Shown piece after piece: positions 40,077-48,588 of a DNA stretch of 64,000 nt. Source of the stretch: a virus; the IMG/VR virus record IMGVR_UViG_3300025674_000019, positions 32,001-96,000 of that record. One strand, 5' to 3'. The notes beneath the pieces are model-generated. The model saw only the letters and a list, made by a program, of their open reading frames with translations. It was not told the DNA's origin and did no database searches. The translations under genes were made by a program, and so were the position numbers. The first letter of the stretch is position 1. The number at the start of each line of letters is the position of its first letter.

Positions 40077-40194
40077 TTAGGTCCCGCAGTACTAGGCTAC
40101 CCTGCGGAGCGGTAATGGGCAAAAGGAGGAAAATCCCAAGACCCTTTGGCTTAAACTGCTCACCACAAACAATATGCACCTCCGAATCGCCTAC

Positions 40195-40276
40195 TGCCCC
40201 GGGCCGGACTCGAACCGGCACGCCTCTCGGCGGGAGATTTTAAGTCTCCTGTGTCTACCGGTTCCACCACCAGGGC
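40195..40276 (-). tRNA. tRNA-Leu(UAA)
   Basis: Type II cloverleaf with a long variable arm; anticodon TAA. Confidence 0.92.
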
Positions 40277-40315
40277 ATATCCTTCCTTTCCTAGTATCAA
40301 TGGCGTATATGCGCG

Positions 40316-40507
40316 TCAACACATTTCTGCAAGCCAAGACTCTCCTGAGGGAGTAACTCGCCAAGTGGCATCGCCCATAGTAACAATGGCGTAGGTTTCT
40401 GAAGGCTTCGATACTACTTTGAAGCCCCACTTGTTATCTTTAGAGTCTTTCGTAAGAAACTCGACGCCCTTAAGGACGATATCTACATTCTTTCTTCTAT
40501 TTTTCAT
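40316..40507 (-). CDS. hypothetical protein
   Basis: Coupled ORF. Confidence 0.5.
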   Translation of the reverse strand: MKNRRKNVDIVLKGVEFLTKDSKDNKWGFKVVSKPSETYAIVTMGDATWRVTPSGESWLAEMC

Positions 40508-41057
40508 CTATATCCTTTGGCCACCAATAAGGAGGCTCCGCGTTAGTCCAAGTGGCAAACTTAGCTTTGTCTGCTACGTAGAACTTCCTATAAGACCCCA
40601 CAGGGTCACTAGGATCTTTAAGATGCTCAAGCTCAGGCCCGAATGCTAGATAAGGGGGCGTAACCTTATCCTGCCTAGGGAACAAGCACCTTCCCTCTAA
40701 CCTAAGCCCTAGAGCAAACCTAAAGGCCAACTTAGCTACGCGGTAACTCTTATGCTGAGTACCGAATCTAAGCCTCTGCTGGCTACTCATGCCTATAGAA
40801 TGCCTGTAAGCCCATTTAAAATTAGGCCAGCTCTCTCCTACCCAGATCGTGCACCCATGCTTATGGTGTGCCGTCTTATAGAGGAACTTAAGCCCCTCTG
40901 GGAGCTGCTCTCTAGGGACGTTTATTAGCCCCATGCGCATCCTTACAGCTGTACACAGCATTTGAGCTGTCTCTAGCTGCATTAAAGTGACGTGTTGATC
41001 GCACAACCACCCTGCTGCTTTGAGAGGATTATGGTCCAGATAAAATACGTTCAACAT
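40497..41057 (-). CDS. pyrimidine-dimer DNA glycosylase/endonuclease V-like protein, copy 2
   Basis: NVFYLD...CDQHV...ETAQML, YKTAH, YRKFY...K...ATW...PYWW. Confidence 0.7.
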   Translation of the reverse strand: MLNVFYLDHNPLKAAGWLCDQHVTLMQLETAQMLCTAVRMRMGLINVPREQLPEGLKFLYKTAHHKHGCTIWVGESWPNFKWAYRHSIGMSSQQRLRFGTQHKSYRVAKLAFRFALGLRLEGRCLFPRQDKVTPPYLAFGPELEHLKDPSDPVGSYRKFYVADKAKFATWTNAEPPYWWPKDIDEK

Positions 41058-41602
41058 TTTTCTTTAGGCCACCAGGGTGGCGGCTCAGAGTTAGTCCAGG
41101 TGGCAAACTTAGCTTTGTCTGCTATGTAGAACCTCCTGTATGACCCCGCCGGGTCCATCGGGTTCTTTAGGTGCTCTAGTGCTGGACCGAATGCCATATA
41201 GGGAGGAGTAGTAGTCATAGACTCAGGGAGAATAAAGTTATGCTCCTTTCTCTCTTTATGCAGGAACAACCAAGCATCCTTAGCGACCCGAAAGCTTTTA
41301 TGCCTCGTACCAAATCGCTGCTTGTGTTGCGCGTGCATTTGAATAACGTGCATAAACAGCCATTGAAAGTTACTAAAGCACTCTCCCACCCATTTAGTAC
41401 TGCCGTGCTTAGGATGAGCCGTCTTGTAGAGAAACTTAAGCTCGTCGGGAAGCTCTTCTCTTGGAGTATCCTCCAGGCTCATGTGAACTCTAATAGCCGT
41501 ACACATCATCTGTGCAGACTCTAGAATCATCTTAGAGACATGTTGATCACACAGCCAAGTAGCGGCTATAACTGGGTCGTCATCAAGGTAGAATACGTTC
41601 AC
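41051..41602 (-). CDS. pyrimidine-dimer DNA glycosylase/endonuclease V-like protein, copy 1
   Basis: MNVFYLDDDP...CDQHVSKMILESAQM; paralogue of the adjacent gene. Confidence 0.72.
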   Translation of the reverse strand: MNVFYLDDDPVIAATWLCDQHVSKMILESAQMMCTAIRVHMSLEDTPREELPDELKFLYKTAHPKHGSTKWVGECFSNFQWLFMHVIQMHAQHKQRFGTRHKSFRVAKDAWLFLHKERKEHNFILPESMTTTPPYMAFGPALEHLKNPMDPAGSYRRFYIADKAKFATWTNSEPPPWWPKEKC

Positions 41603-41967
41603 TAGAACTTCTTGAGAACTCGGTGCACTTCGTAGTAGCTAAGGGCTCCGCGCTCTTCTATATCTGTGATTTCGTCTCCCAGACGTATAAACTGGTAAGA
41701 CGTGTCCAGGCCTTGAGAGTCTAGCCATCTAAGGTAGTAGACTACTCTGTCTATCTTAGGATTGTCACAGAACTCGTACCACCTGGTATTCACAGAGGAG
41801 AACTCAACCAACTCTTCTTCCTCTTGCATGGTACAAAAGACGAACTTAAGCGTGTCAAGGATAGAGTCTTTACCCTCTCCTGTAACCCAAAGCTCATACT
41901 CTTCAGTCTTTCTAGAAAGCTCTTCGCTAGTAGAGAAGACCAGGGTAACATCGCTTCTATAGCTCAT
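41602..41967 (-). CDS. hypothetical phage protein
   Basis: MSYRSDV...FIRLGDEITDIEERG pattern. Confidence 0.6.
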   Translation of the reverse strand: MSYRSDVTLVFSTSEELSRKTEEYELWVTGEGKDSILDTLKFVFCTMQEEEELVEFSSVNTRWYEFCDNPKIDRVVYYLRWLDSQGLDTSYQFIRLGDEITDIEERGALSYYEVHRVLKKF

Positions 41968-41972
41968 CTAAA

Positions 41973-42054
41973 TGCCCAGGGAGGGAATCGAACCCTCACG
42001 CCCGAAGGCACAGGAACCTAAATCCTGCGCGTCTACCAATTCCGCCACCTGGGC
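41973..42054 (-). tRNA. tRNA-Leu(UAG)
   Basis: Type II cloverleaf; anticodon TAG. Confidence 0.92.
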
Positions 42055-42167
42055 AGGCCCAAGCACATTGGCAGCTTTGACTCTAAAGGTCAATAGGCTC
42101 GTATAGAGCTTCTTATAATAGAGTTCAGCATAGCACATGCTCATCTCCTAAAAGACATTAGCAAAAG

Positions 42168-42243
42168 CTTATGACAGCAAACTAATAGCTTTTGCTATTG
42201 ATTAGTCATAGCTAAAAGAAAAGTTCCTTAGGCTTTTCTTTAA
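42168..42243 (-). promoter_or_regulatory. terminator+promoter module
   Basis: AAAGAAAAGCCTAAGGAACTTTTCTTTTAGCT, then AGCAAA-N14-TGT-CATAAG. Confidence 0.6.
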
Positions 42244-42250
42244 ACTAGAT

Positions 42251-42460
42251 TTATTCCTTACTGTACCACCCTACCCAGACAAAGCCGAACAGGGGTGATA
42301 TGAACATTGGGATTGCGATCACATCAGGGATCCATGGAGAACCCTTAATCGCAATACAGCTCGCTGCCAAGCAGCCCAGGAGTACCTGGATTTCCCGGTT
42401 GAAGAGCTGCTTGAGTATCTCTCCCCAGCTCATCTCGGGCTCGTGCTCGGGCTCGCTCAA
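42251..42460 (-). CDS. small two-TM membrane protein
   Basis: Coupled to the upstream gene; hydrophobic. Confidence 0.5.
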   Translation of the reverse strand: MSEPEHEPEMSWGEILKQLFNREIQVLLGCLAASCIAIKGSPWIPDVIAIPMFISPLFGFVWVGWYSKE

Positions 42461-43575
42461 CTCTCGCCACCTTCCTTAGCTGCGAGCTTAGCGTGGATCC
42501 GGGCGTGGATCCGGGCGATCTTGAGGACACTCTCGGTATCCTCCATCGCCTCGAATGGATCCCCAGGTAGATCCAAGGTGAAGGCCCACGCCTTCTCCGA
42601 GCACCTGCTCCCTCGGCCCTTGTAGAAGCGAGCCTTCTCAGCAAGCTCAGGAAACTCCTTCTCAAGGATGAGCATCGTCTCGCGGTGACGAATGCTCTGC
42701 CGAGCGGCTGGGTCCGCGCTCACGTAGAGGTTGACCTCTCGGTCGTACCCTGGGATAGAGAAGAGCCTGCGTGCACACCCATCTTTATTTTCCCAGGACC
42801 CCTTAGGGAGGTACTTAACCTCACCCTCAGAGATCTCCCTTGGCAGGAGAATGTCAACATCCGATAGGCCATTAGCGTCAGCTAGGCCACCAGATACGTG
42901 GACACACCCGAAGGGTAGTTCTCCGACAACATCGTCAAAGATGTCGTCCTGGGTCTGAAAGCTCGCACCCCACTTCAGGAGCCTCTTGCGATACTCACGG
43001 ATCCAGCCGTAGCTGGCTCCGCGCCTCTCCAAGTGGCCGGGAGCCAAAAGCACCATCCAGGAGCGGACATTATGAAGGCGGTCCCGCCTCCAGTCTACTT
43101 CCCGGTGGATCCTCCGGTACTCCTCGAAGGCTTCAAGCACCTTCCCAGAGGTACCCATAGCTCTCAGGACATTGAGAGCTGTGTCCACCTCCTGGACCTC
43201 CATCGAACGCCACCAGAAGTCAGCGTTGAAGCAGGGCCCAACCGCCTCACCGAGGCTGCGGATCGCCTGACGAAGATCCACCTGAAACCCAGCAAGCTTG
43301 GTCTCCAGAGAGTACTCTTCGTCTTGGCAATTGATGAGCGCTCGGACCATCTCGTCACAGAGGCTCTCACTCTCGTCGCCGCCTTCAGAGAGCAGCTGAT
43401 CTACGAGCACCTCAACCCAGGAGCGCTCTTCGACCTCGCAGGCACCTTCGCCTGCTTTGAGGACAGTACCGTCCTCTAAGTCTTGCTGGTAGATCTTGTC
43501 GAGATCCCAGCCCTGACCTGCAACGCCAATACGGGCGTTCTTTTTAGTATCTGAGGTTCCCCCAGTTGCAGACAT
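42457..43575 (-). CDS. protein with a C-terminal GrpB/Pol-beta-like nucleotidyltransferase domain
   Basis: VHVSGG...SDVDILL and EVNLYV...EFPELAEKARFYKG; AGGAGG RBS. Confidence 0.5.
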   Translation of the reverse strand: MSATGGTSDTKKNARIGVAGQGWDLDKIYQQDLEDGTVLKAGEGACEVEERSWVEVLVDQLLSEGGDESESLCDEMVRALINCQDEEYSLETKLAGFQVDLRQAIRSLGEAVGPCFNADFWWRSMEVQEVDTALNVLRAMGTSGKVLEAFEEYRRIHREVDWRRDRLHNVRSWMVLLAPGHLERRGASYGWIREYRKRLLKWGASFQTQDDIFDDVVGELPFGCVHVSGGLADANGLSDVDILLPREISEGEVKYLPKGSWENKDGCARRLFSIPGYDREVNLYVSADPAARQSIRHRETMLILEKEFPELAEKARFYKGRGSRCSEKAWAFTLDLPGDPFEAMEDTESVLKIARIHARIHAKLAAKEGGES

Positions 43576-43603
43576 AATGACCTCCTAAAGCCATGTCCAA
43601 TTT

Positions 43604-43633
43604 CTTATACCAGATCCAACCCTAAGATTTGTG
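43604..43633 (-). promoter_or_regulatory. phage bipartite promoter copy
   Basis: CACAAA-N15-TGG-TATAAG. Confidence 0.6.
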
Positions 43634-43654
43634 TGTACGGTAATGGAGGGTAGC

Positions 43655-44515
43655 ATGCTTACTTTTAGTGAGTTGGAAGTTTCGCCTAGTGAGATCGACG
43701 ACCTTTACGACAGGGGATTTGCTAAGAATACCAAACACTTAGAATCAGGCTTCTATGCTTTCAAGTCTGGCAATCAGTCAGCTCTTGTTCATTGCAGAGG
43801 AGACTACATCGACCTCATAGAGTCAAAGGGGCTCACCTTCCAAGGAGTAAAGCCAAGGGACTCTAAGCAAACTTGCATGATGTTCTCTATGGCTAACTAC
43901 CCGCTCACTGTAGCTATGGGCGCAGCTGGAACAGGTAAGACAACGCTAGCGTGCGCCTTTGCCCTTCACTCCCACTTTAAGAAAGACAATAACATAGTAC
44001 TACTGAAGCCTACTTCTTTTACTACAAAGATGAGCAACGCCATAGCACCTATACCCGGAGACCATCGTGAGAAGATGGCTGGGTACATAGATTCATACTT
44101 ATTTGCTATGAACAATATACTAGGTGAAAACTTTGAGCATTACCTCTTTCAGCTGGAAGAAGAGAAGAAGCTAGTCTACCAACCCCTTGAACTTGTTAGG
44201 GGAATGAACTTTGATAAGAGTACTATCATCATCGATGAAGCCCAGAATACTACACCCCATGAGTTACTTACTGTTATATCCCGTGTAGCAGAATCAAGTA
44301 AGATCATAGTGATGGGTGACCTACAGCAAATAGACATAGGTCTAGAGCCAGAAGAGACAGGGCTAGGCTGCCTTCTAGACTCAGACCTATTTTGGGACAG
44401 CCCTCACTGCGGAGCCATAGAGCTAGACTCTCAGTACCGAGGCCCACTGGCAGAACTAGCGGGAGAAATACTAAAGGATCTCTACGCGCAAAAAGAACCC
44501 ATCAAAATGGCATAA
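43655..44515 (+). CDS. phoH: PhoH-like ATPase
   Basis: GAAGTGKT, VRGMNF, IIIDEAQN, ISRVAESSK and GDLQQID. Confidence 0.9.
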   Translation: MLTFSELEVSPSEIDDLYDRGFAKNTKHLESGFYAFKSGNQSALVHCRGDYIDLIESKGLTFQGVKPRDSKQTCMMFSMANYPLTVAMGAAGTGKTTLACAFALHSHFKKDNNIVLLKPTSFTTKMSNAIAPIPGDHREKMAGYIDSYLFAMNNILGENFEHYLFQLEEEKKLVYQPLELVRGMNFDKSTIIIDEAQNTTPHELLTVISRVAESSKIIVMGDLQQIDIGLEPEETGLGCLLDSDLFWDSPHCGAIELDSQYRGPLAELAGEILKDLYAQKEPIKMA

Positions 44516-44516
44516 G
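44487..44516 (+). promoter_or_regulatory. phage bipartite promoter copy upstream of ncRNA B
   Basis: CGCAAA-N15-TGG-CATAAG. Confidence 0.65.
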
Positions 44517-44521
44517 TATAT

Positions 44522-45160
44522 GAGTGAAGCATTTATGTAGTGTAGCGGCCTACCGGTTGCGCATGGACTTCACTTTTGCTGTGCTGCGAAGCATAGCGCG
44601 ACGGCCACACCTGCAGCAGATTCGTCTGTGGCGTTCAGCAGGGAAAAGCTCAGAGGTCTGCCGAAGACTATCTACCTGGGCTGGGGCTTGGTATCCCTAT
44701 TTAACAAAATTACCAGGCGGTGCGCTGAGGAGTGCACTGGAGCTTGACGTAGTCACGTAAAGCTATAGCCTGGCAGCTTCGGCTGTCAGCAGTTCGAGAG
44801 GACTGAGCGGGGGAGAGGGTCTCGCTGCAAAACAAAAGACACTCTACGATCAGCTTAAGTGACATTTGCTGAGCGTTTTCCAGTGTAGTGGTGCGGCACT
44901 CACAATGGATAAGTAATGGGAAAACTTCGGGCTCGTCCCGGAGTTCCGTGCAATAGGCGAAAGCCTACCCACGTCGGGGACAATAACAAGCAAAACCGGC
45001 GGCTAGAAGAGAAAGGTGCGCACCTTATATAGGGCAATCCGAATATCTTAGCAGAGCCTCGGCAGGCCATTGGTAACTGTCGGGTAGATGCCTCTCGGTG
45101 GAGGCTGCTCTAAAGGAAGGTTGAAGCGCTAAGAACTGGCTCACTTTGGTGGGTCTTTCT
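44522..45160 (+). ncRNA. candidate large structured non-coding RNA B (~640 nt)
   Basis: Has its own promoter and terminator, UUCG/GNRA-capped hairpins and long-range helices; no credible ORF. Confidence 0.7.
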
Positions 45161-45175
45161 CTGACGCGTGGAGGC

Positions 45176-45237
45176 CTTTTCTTTAGCTCTTACACCTGAT
45201 GATAGACGTAAATTGGTACCTCCAAATTGGCATAAGC
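45176..45237 (+). repeat. cassette boundary module (TTTAGCT...GATAGACG + promoter)
   Basis: Near-identical to 45927-45991 and 46975-47040. Confidence 0.7.
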
Positions 45238-45302
45238 ATCTGAACCAAAAAAAGGGCTTACACAGCCCACTTCTACGCAGGCCTAAGGCCGAGGAGAGAG
45301 AT

Positions 45303-45887
45303 ATGTCTGACTATCTTTTTAGTGGGTACTTTAATAATCAGAATCTACTAAGCGGGTCCGCTACGGGACTCTTCGACAACCGACACCTCCAGGACCTCCT
45401 GGAGGAGGGCCTAGAGCCCACGGAGGTTGACTGGGGAGGGGACTCCCGTCGCTGCTGGGCCTGGTGCCCAGAGGAGGTAGCCACTAGAAATCCAGGCTTC
45501 GGAAGACCAGTAAGATGGCGCAGGGGCCGCGGAGCCCCAGAAGCAATCACTTTCGGAGGGGCGGTGTTTACCTCCCGCGAGTGGAAGAAAAGCACAGTCG
45601 CGAGGAGGAGAGCCGGTGCGCGCTCAAGAAAGTGGGAGGAGCCTCAGCAGAGGCCCTCGTTCACTTTTCTGCTGCGCAGGCGCGCAGAGGAAAAGAGCTG
45701 TAGTGTAGCCAAGCTACTACTCCAGCAACTGCGCATAGAAAGGCTGACCCACCTGCCGCGGTGGGACGGGGGGCTAGAGCCTCTCCGGAAGGCTATTATG
45801 GCCGCCGAGTGGCAAGGGCTGCCATACGGCCACAGCTTCCAGAGTTTCTGGGAGTGGTGGGCAGTCCACATCCACCCCAGGCTCTAG
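45303..45887 (+). CDS. hypothetical protein
   Basis: GAGGAG RBS at the ATG at 45303. Confidence 0.6.
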   Translation: MSDYLFSGYFNNQNLLSGSATGLFDNRHLQDLLEEGLEPTEVDWGGDSRRCWAWCPEEVATRNPGFGRPVRWRRGRGAPEAITFGGAVFTSREWKKSTVARRRAGARSRKWEEPQQRPSFTFLLRRRAEEKSCSVAKLLLQQLRIERLTHLPRWDGGLEPLRKAIMAAEWQGLPYGHSFQSFWEWWAVHIHPRL

Positions 45888-45926
45888 GCCCGGGGCGGGG
45901 CCTGAACCCGCTCTCGGAGCCCTGCC

Positions 45927-45991
45927 CTTTTTTAGCTCTTACATCCGATGATAGACGCAAAACAGGGGTAGCAAATTGGCATAAGTATATG
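45927..45991 (+). repeat. cassette boundary module with promoter
   Basis: TTTTTTAGCTCTTACATCCGATGATAGACGCAAAACAGGGGTAGCAAATTGGCATAAG. Confidence 0.75.
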
Positions 45992-46027
45992 AAGCGATTG
46001 TTTAACAGCACACAAAGGAGTTTCAAA

Positions 46028-46561
46028 GTGCTGAATTTCTTCAAGAACCTCTTTCGCCCTGCCCTCCCTCCCGTCACCTCCGGGAACATTCTCTACGGGG
46101 ATTTCCCCGGGTACAAGACCTGGTTCTGTTCTAACGAGATTCCGGTCGAGATCGGGGAGCGCGTTCACGCGATCACCAACCACCGCTGCGACGAGCTCTC
46201 GCTGGAGAGCGAGGCGCTGGCGGCGAGGGACGCAGGGCAGCCCCTGGTTCCAGTAACCCTCAAGACCCCTCGCGGGGACCTACGAGGATTCTGCTGGCAC
46301 CACTCAGGCTGTAACGGCCGCGACAGCATCGCGGCCCTACTGACCTTCGGGTCAGTCGAGGACCTTCTCGTTCAGATCGCGGAGCGAAAGCTCCTCAATC
46401 ATTTCGAGTGGGAGGGCAAGCTGTATTCAATCACTTCAAGCGATTGGACCCAAGAGCACGTCGTGCGGGCCGCGAGGCCTCTCACCGACCGAGAGCGGCG
46501 GAAGCCCACTGAGGCGGAAGCGGAGCTGGTGTGGGACGTGAGCTACACGAGGAGCATGTAA
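46028..46561 (+). CDS. hypothetical protein
   Basis: AAGGAG RBS at the GTG at 46028; GC-rich codon usage. Confidence 0.6.
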   Translation: MLNFFKNLFRPALPPVTSGNILYGDFPGYKTWFCSNEIPVEIGERVHAITNHRCDELSLESEALAARDAGQPLVPVTLKTPRGDLRGFCWHHSGCNGRDSIAALLTFGSVEDLLVQIAERKLLNHFEWEGKLYSITSSDWTQEHVVRAARPLTDRERRKPTEAEAELVWDVSYTRSM

Positions 46562-46563
46562 TA

Positions 46564-46683
46564 ATGTTAGGGACGTGGATCTTTTTGGGGTGGAGCTTCG
46601 CCGTCTACTGGCGTCTCTACGAAATGTTCAACCAGCTCCGTAAGGGGGAGCGCGAGTGGAAGGAGAGAGAAAATGAGATTTAA
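46564..46683 (+). CDS. small membrane peptide (MLGTWIFLGW..., 39 aa)
   Basis: GAGGAG upstream; fills the gap in the operon. Confidence 0.45.
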   Translation: MLGTWIFLGWSFAVYWRLYEMFNQLRKGEREWKERENEI

Positions 46684-46855
46684 AGAGTGGCTCCGTAAAA
46701 CGGGATTAAAGGCAGGCATCGTTTGCCTGCTGTGCGTAATCTTATGCCGACTCCTAGGGAGCACAGCGATGGGGAGCCTGCTATCTGGCGGGTGGCTATT
46801 CGGAAGCATCTATTTTATCGATGATTACTTCTATAGAATTAAGGAGAATGGGTAA
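46673..46855 (+). CDS. small membrane protein
   Basis: AAGGAG RBS; hydrophobic. Confidence 0.5.
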   Translation: MRFKEWLRKTGLKAGIVCLLCVILCRLLGSTAMGSLLSGGWLFGSIYFIDDYFYRIKENG

Positions 46856-46935
46856 TGATTGCGTATGTACTGATTAAGATTATTGTCGGCGTTAGCCTCC
46901 TCGTCGGAGGACTCATTATTGCCGACAAGCTCTAA
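46855..46935 (+). CDS. small TM peptide (MIAYVLIKIIVG..., 26 aa)
   Basis: TAATG coupling; AAGGAG RBS. Confidence 0.45.
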   Translation: MIAYVLIKIIVGVSLLVGGLIIADKL

Positions 46936-46954
46936 AAACCCACAACCACCCAAC

Positions 46955-47040
46955 AAAGAAAAGCCTAAGGAACTTTTCTTTTAGCTATGACGCCTGACGA
47001 TAGACGCAAAACAGGGGTAGCAAAATGGCATAAGTATATG
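46955..47040 (+). repeat. terminator hairpin + cassette boundary module + promoter
   Basis: AAAGAAAAGCCTAAGGAACTTTTCTTTTAGCT...GATAGACGCAAAACAGGGGTAGCAAAATGGCATAAG. Confidence 0.75.
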
Positions 47041-47093
47041 ATCCGGGGAATTTCTCCCCGAAAAGACCCGGGGATAACCCCGGAGAAAGGGTA

Positions 47094-47528
47094 ATGCGTA
47101 TGAACGCTGCCCAACTCGCTGAGATTTTCTTTTATTGTTCCTGTGGCGCATTTGTCGCCACCATGGCGCTCACCCACACGATCTCATTCTTCTCCCGCAG
47201 ATCGCTACGGCTGAAGTCACTCCACCGACAGGTGGCAGAATACAAGGGTCTAGCAAATGACTATGAAGCACGAGTCAGGGAGCTCACTAAAGAGCTACAA
47301 GGCACCGCTAGAGAGCTGTACCATGTGAAGCGTGAATACTCCGAGAGCGTGCGCTCCCACGAGGCAAGGTTCGTCCTTCTGGGGGAGGTAGAAGAGAAGA
47401 ATGCCAATCTCAACGGGACTGTAAAGACTCTGTCCGAGCGTCTCAAGGTGCTCTCCTCTCAATACCAAAAGCTACTTAAAAATCATATGGCAAACGGGGG
47501 AACCCGAATAATGGGAGAGGCAAAATGA
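47094..47528 (+). CDS. membrane-anchored coiled-coil protein
   Basis: N-terminal TM helix, then heptad-rich helix. Confidence 0.6.
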   Translation: MRMNAAQLAEIFFYCSCGAFVATMALTHTISFFSRRSLRLKSLHRQVAEYKGLANDYEARVRELTKELQGTARELYHVKREYSESVRSHEARFVLLGEVEEKNANLNGTVKTLSERLKVLSSQYQKLLKNHMANGGTRIMGEAK

Positions 47529-47617
47529 TTATTACCATAGCATGGGTTTTCTCTAAGTTGATAGCGGGATGCCTGATCTTAATCCTAATGTTGGCAGTCC
47601 ATGACCGCCTAACCTAA
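47525..47617 (+). CDS. small TM peptide (MIITIAWVFSKL..., 30 aa)
   Basis: ATGA coupling; GGGAGAGG RBS. Confidence 0.45.
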   Translation: MIITIAWVFSKLIAGCLILILMLAVHDRLT

Positions 47618-47655
47618 CCCCCCAACCCCCAAAGCCCTGACAAGGCTGCGGGGTT

Positions 47656-47688
47656 AAAGAGAAGCCTAAGGAACTTTTCTTTAGCTAT
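47656..47688 (+). terminator. terminator hairpin from the cassette module
   Basis: AAAGAGAAGCCTAAGGAACTTTTCTTTAGCT. Confidence 0.6.
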
Positions 47689-47697
47689 CAAAGCTAC

Positions 47698-47922
47698 TTA
47701 GACTTTCTCTAAGCACCCCATGCACATATACCCAAAGGCTGTCTCTACGCCTTCATCTAAGCCAGTCGCAGCTTCTTTAAGTCCACCTGCAACGGCTTCT
47801 TCTTCAGTAGTCTCTACCAGAGTCTCAGGCGCAGCGGTGTCGTCCCCGCATACTTCGCACTCATAAATCTCACAAGAGAATACTAGACCTGTAGCTTCTT
47901 CTTTAAAGAAGTGCGAGTTCAT
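47698..47922 (-). CDS. small zinc-ribbon protein
   Basis: CEVCG...CMGC. Confidence 0.5.
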   Translation of the reverse strand: MNSHFFKEEATGLVFSCEIYECEVCGDDTAAPETLVETTEEEAVAGGLKEAATGLDEGVETAFGYMCMGCLEKV

Positions 47923-48158
47923 AGCTCAACGACGGTATTGGGATTAGGGAAGTTCTTATTGCAGTGAGGGCACTCAAGCTTATGCTCTTCCGGTACCTCT
48001 TCCAGGGCCTCCATACTCCAGCTAGACACTCCGCCCTTTTCCATAGGAGTCTCGATGAAGGCTCTCTCCGCAGCCTTCTCGTCTTCTGTAATATAGATGC
48101 GCTCAACCGACATGCCTAAACCTGTGGTGCCAGTTGCCTTTACGCACTTAGTAGTCAT
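47919..48158 (-). CDS. small zinc-ribbon protein
   Basis: GAGG RBS; ECPHCNK. Confidence 0.5.
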   Translation of the reverse strand: MTTKCVKATGTTGLGMSVERIYITEDEKAAERAFIETPMEKGGVSSWSMEALEEVPEEHKLECPHCNKNFPNPNTVVEL

Positions 48159-48166
48159 CGTTACCT

Positions 48167-48514
48167 CTAGTCGTTAAAGGGCTCTCTAAAAGCCACTGTC
48201 CAGTTACGGAACCCTACGCTTTCTTTTAGCTTAGAGTTCAGCTCCTCTAGCTTCAAGTACAAGTGCTTCTTGCGTATGTACTCACCAGAGAAGTATATAC
48301 CTCTTTTGTTTATATACAGGATAGCCCTGCTAGATGGCAAGGGAAACCAGTTACTTCCAAAGCCCTTGTTTCGAGCATTGAAGTAGTTCTTAAGCATGTC
48401 AAGGATCAAGTGGTTATCCCTGTCAGGCTCCAAGACTTCTAAGCATTCCAGCAGCCCAGCCTTAAACTCGCTATCTTTAACTATCTTAAGTATATTGTGA
48501 TGCCAGCACCGCAT
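48167..48514 (-). CDS. hypothetical protein
   Basis: AAGGAGG RBS. Confidence 0.55.
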   Translation of the reverse strand: MRCWHHNILKIVKDSEFKAGLLECLEVLEPDRDNHLILDMLKNYFNARNKGFGSNWFPLPSSRAILYINKRGIYFSGEYIRKKHLYLKLEELNSKLKESVGFRNWTVAFREPFND

Positions 48515-48588
48515 TGTACCTCCTTAGATTTTTTGCAGTGTAGCAAATGCACTTATAATTTAGTACCCTCCTAGAAAGGCCAAGCCAA

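Noticed and set aside
41968-42144. ORF reading through tRNA-Leu(UAG) on the same strand
   Set aside because: Its 3' half is just the tRNA sequence, so coding is unsupported; more likely a leader.
42492-42517. 12-bp tandem repeat CGTGGATCCGGG
   Set aside because: A simple in-frame duplication (ARIH x2) with no further structure.
44522-45160. RNase P RNA, tmRNA or a group I/II intron
   Set aside because: I found no GAGGAAAGTCC P4 motif, no tRNA-like ends and no group II domain V, and the region does not interrupt a gene. Not excluded without a covariance-model search.
45176-47688. Integron attC array or CRISPR
   Set aside because: The modules contain promoter and terminator elements, lack the RYYYAAC/GTTRRRY attC ends, and no integrase is present in the window.
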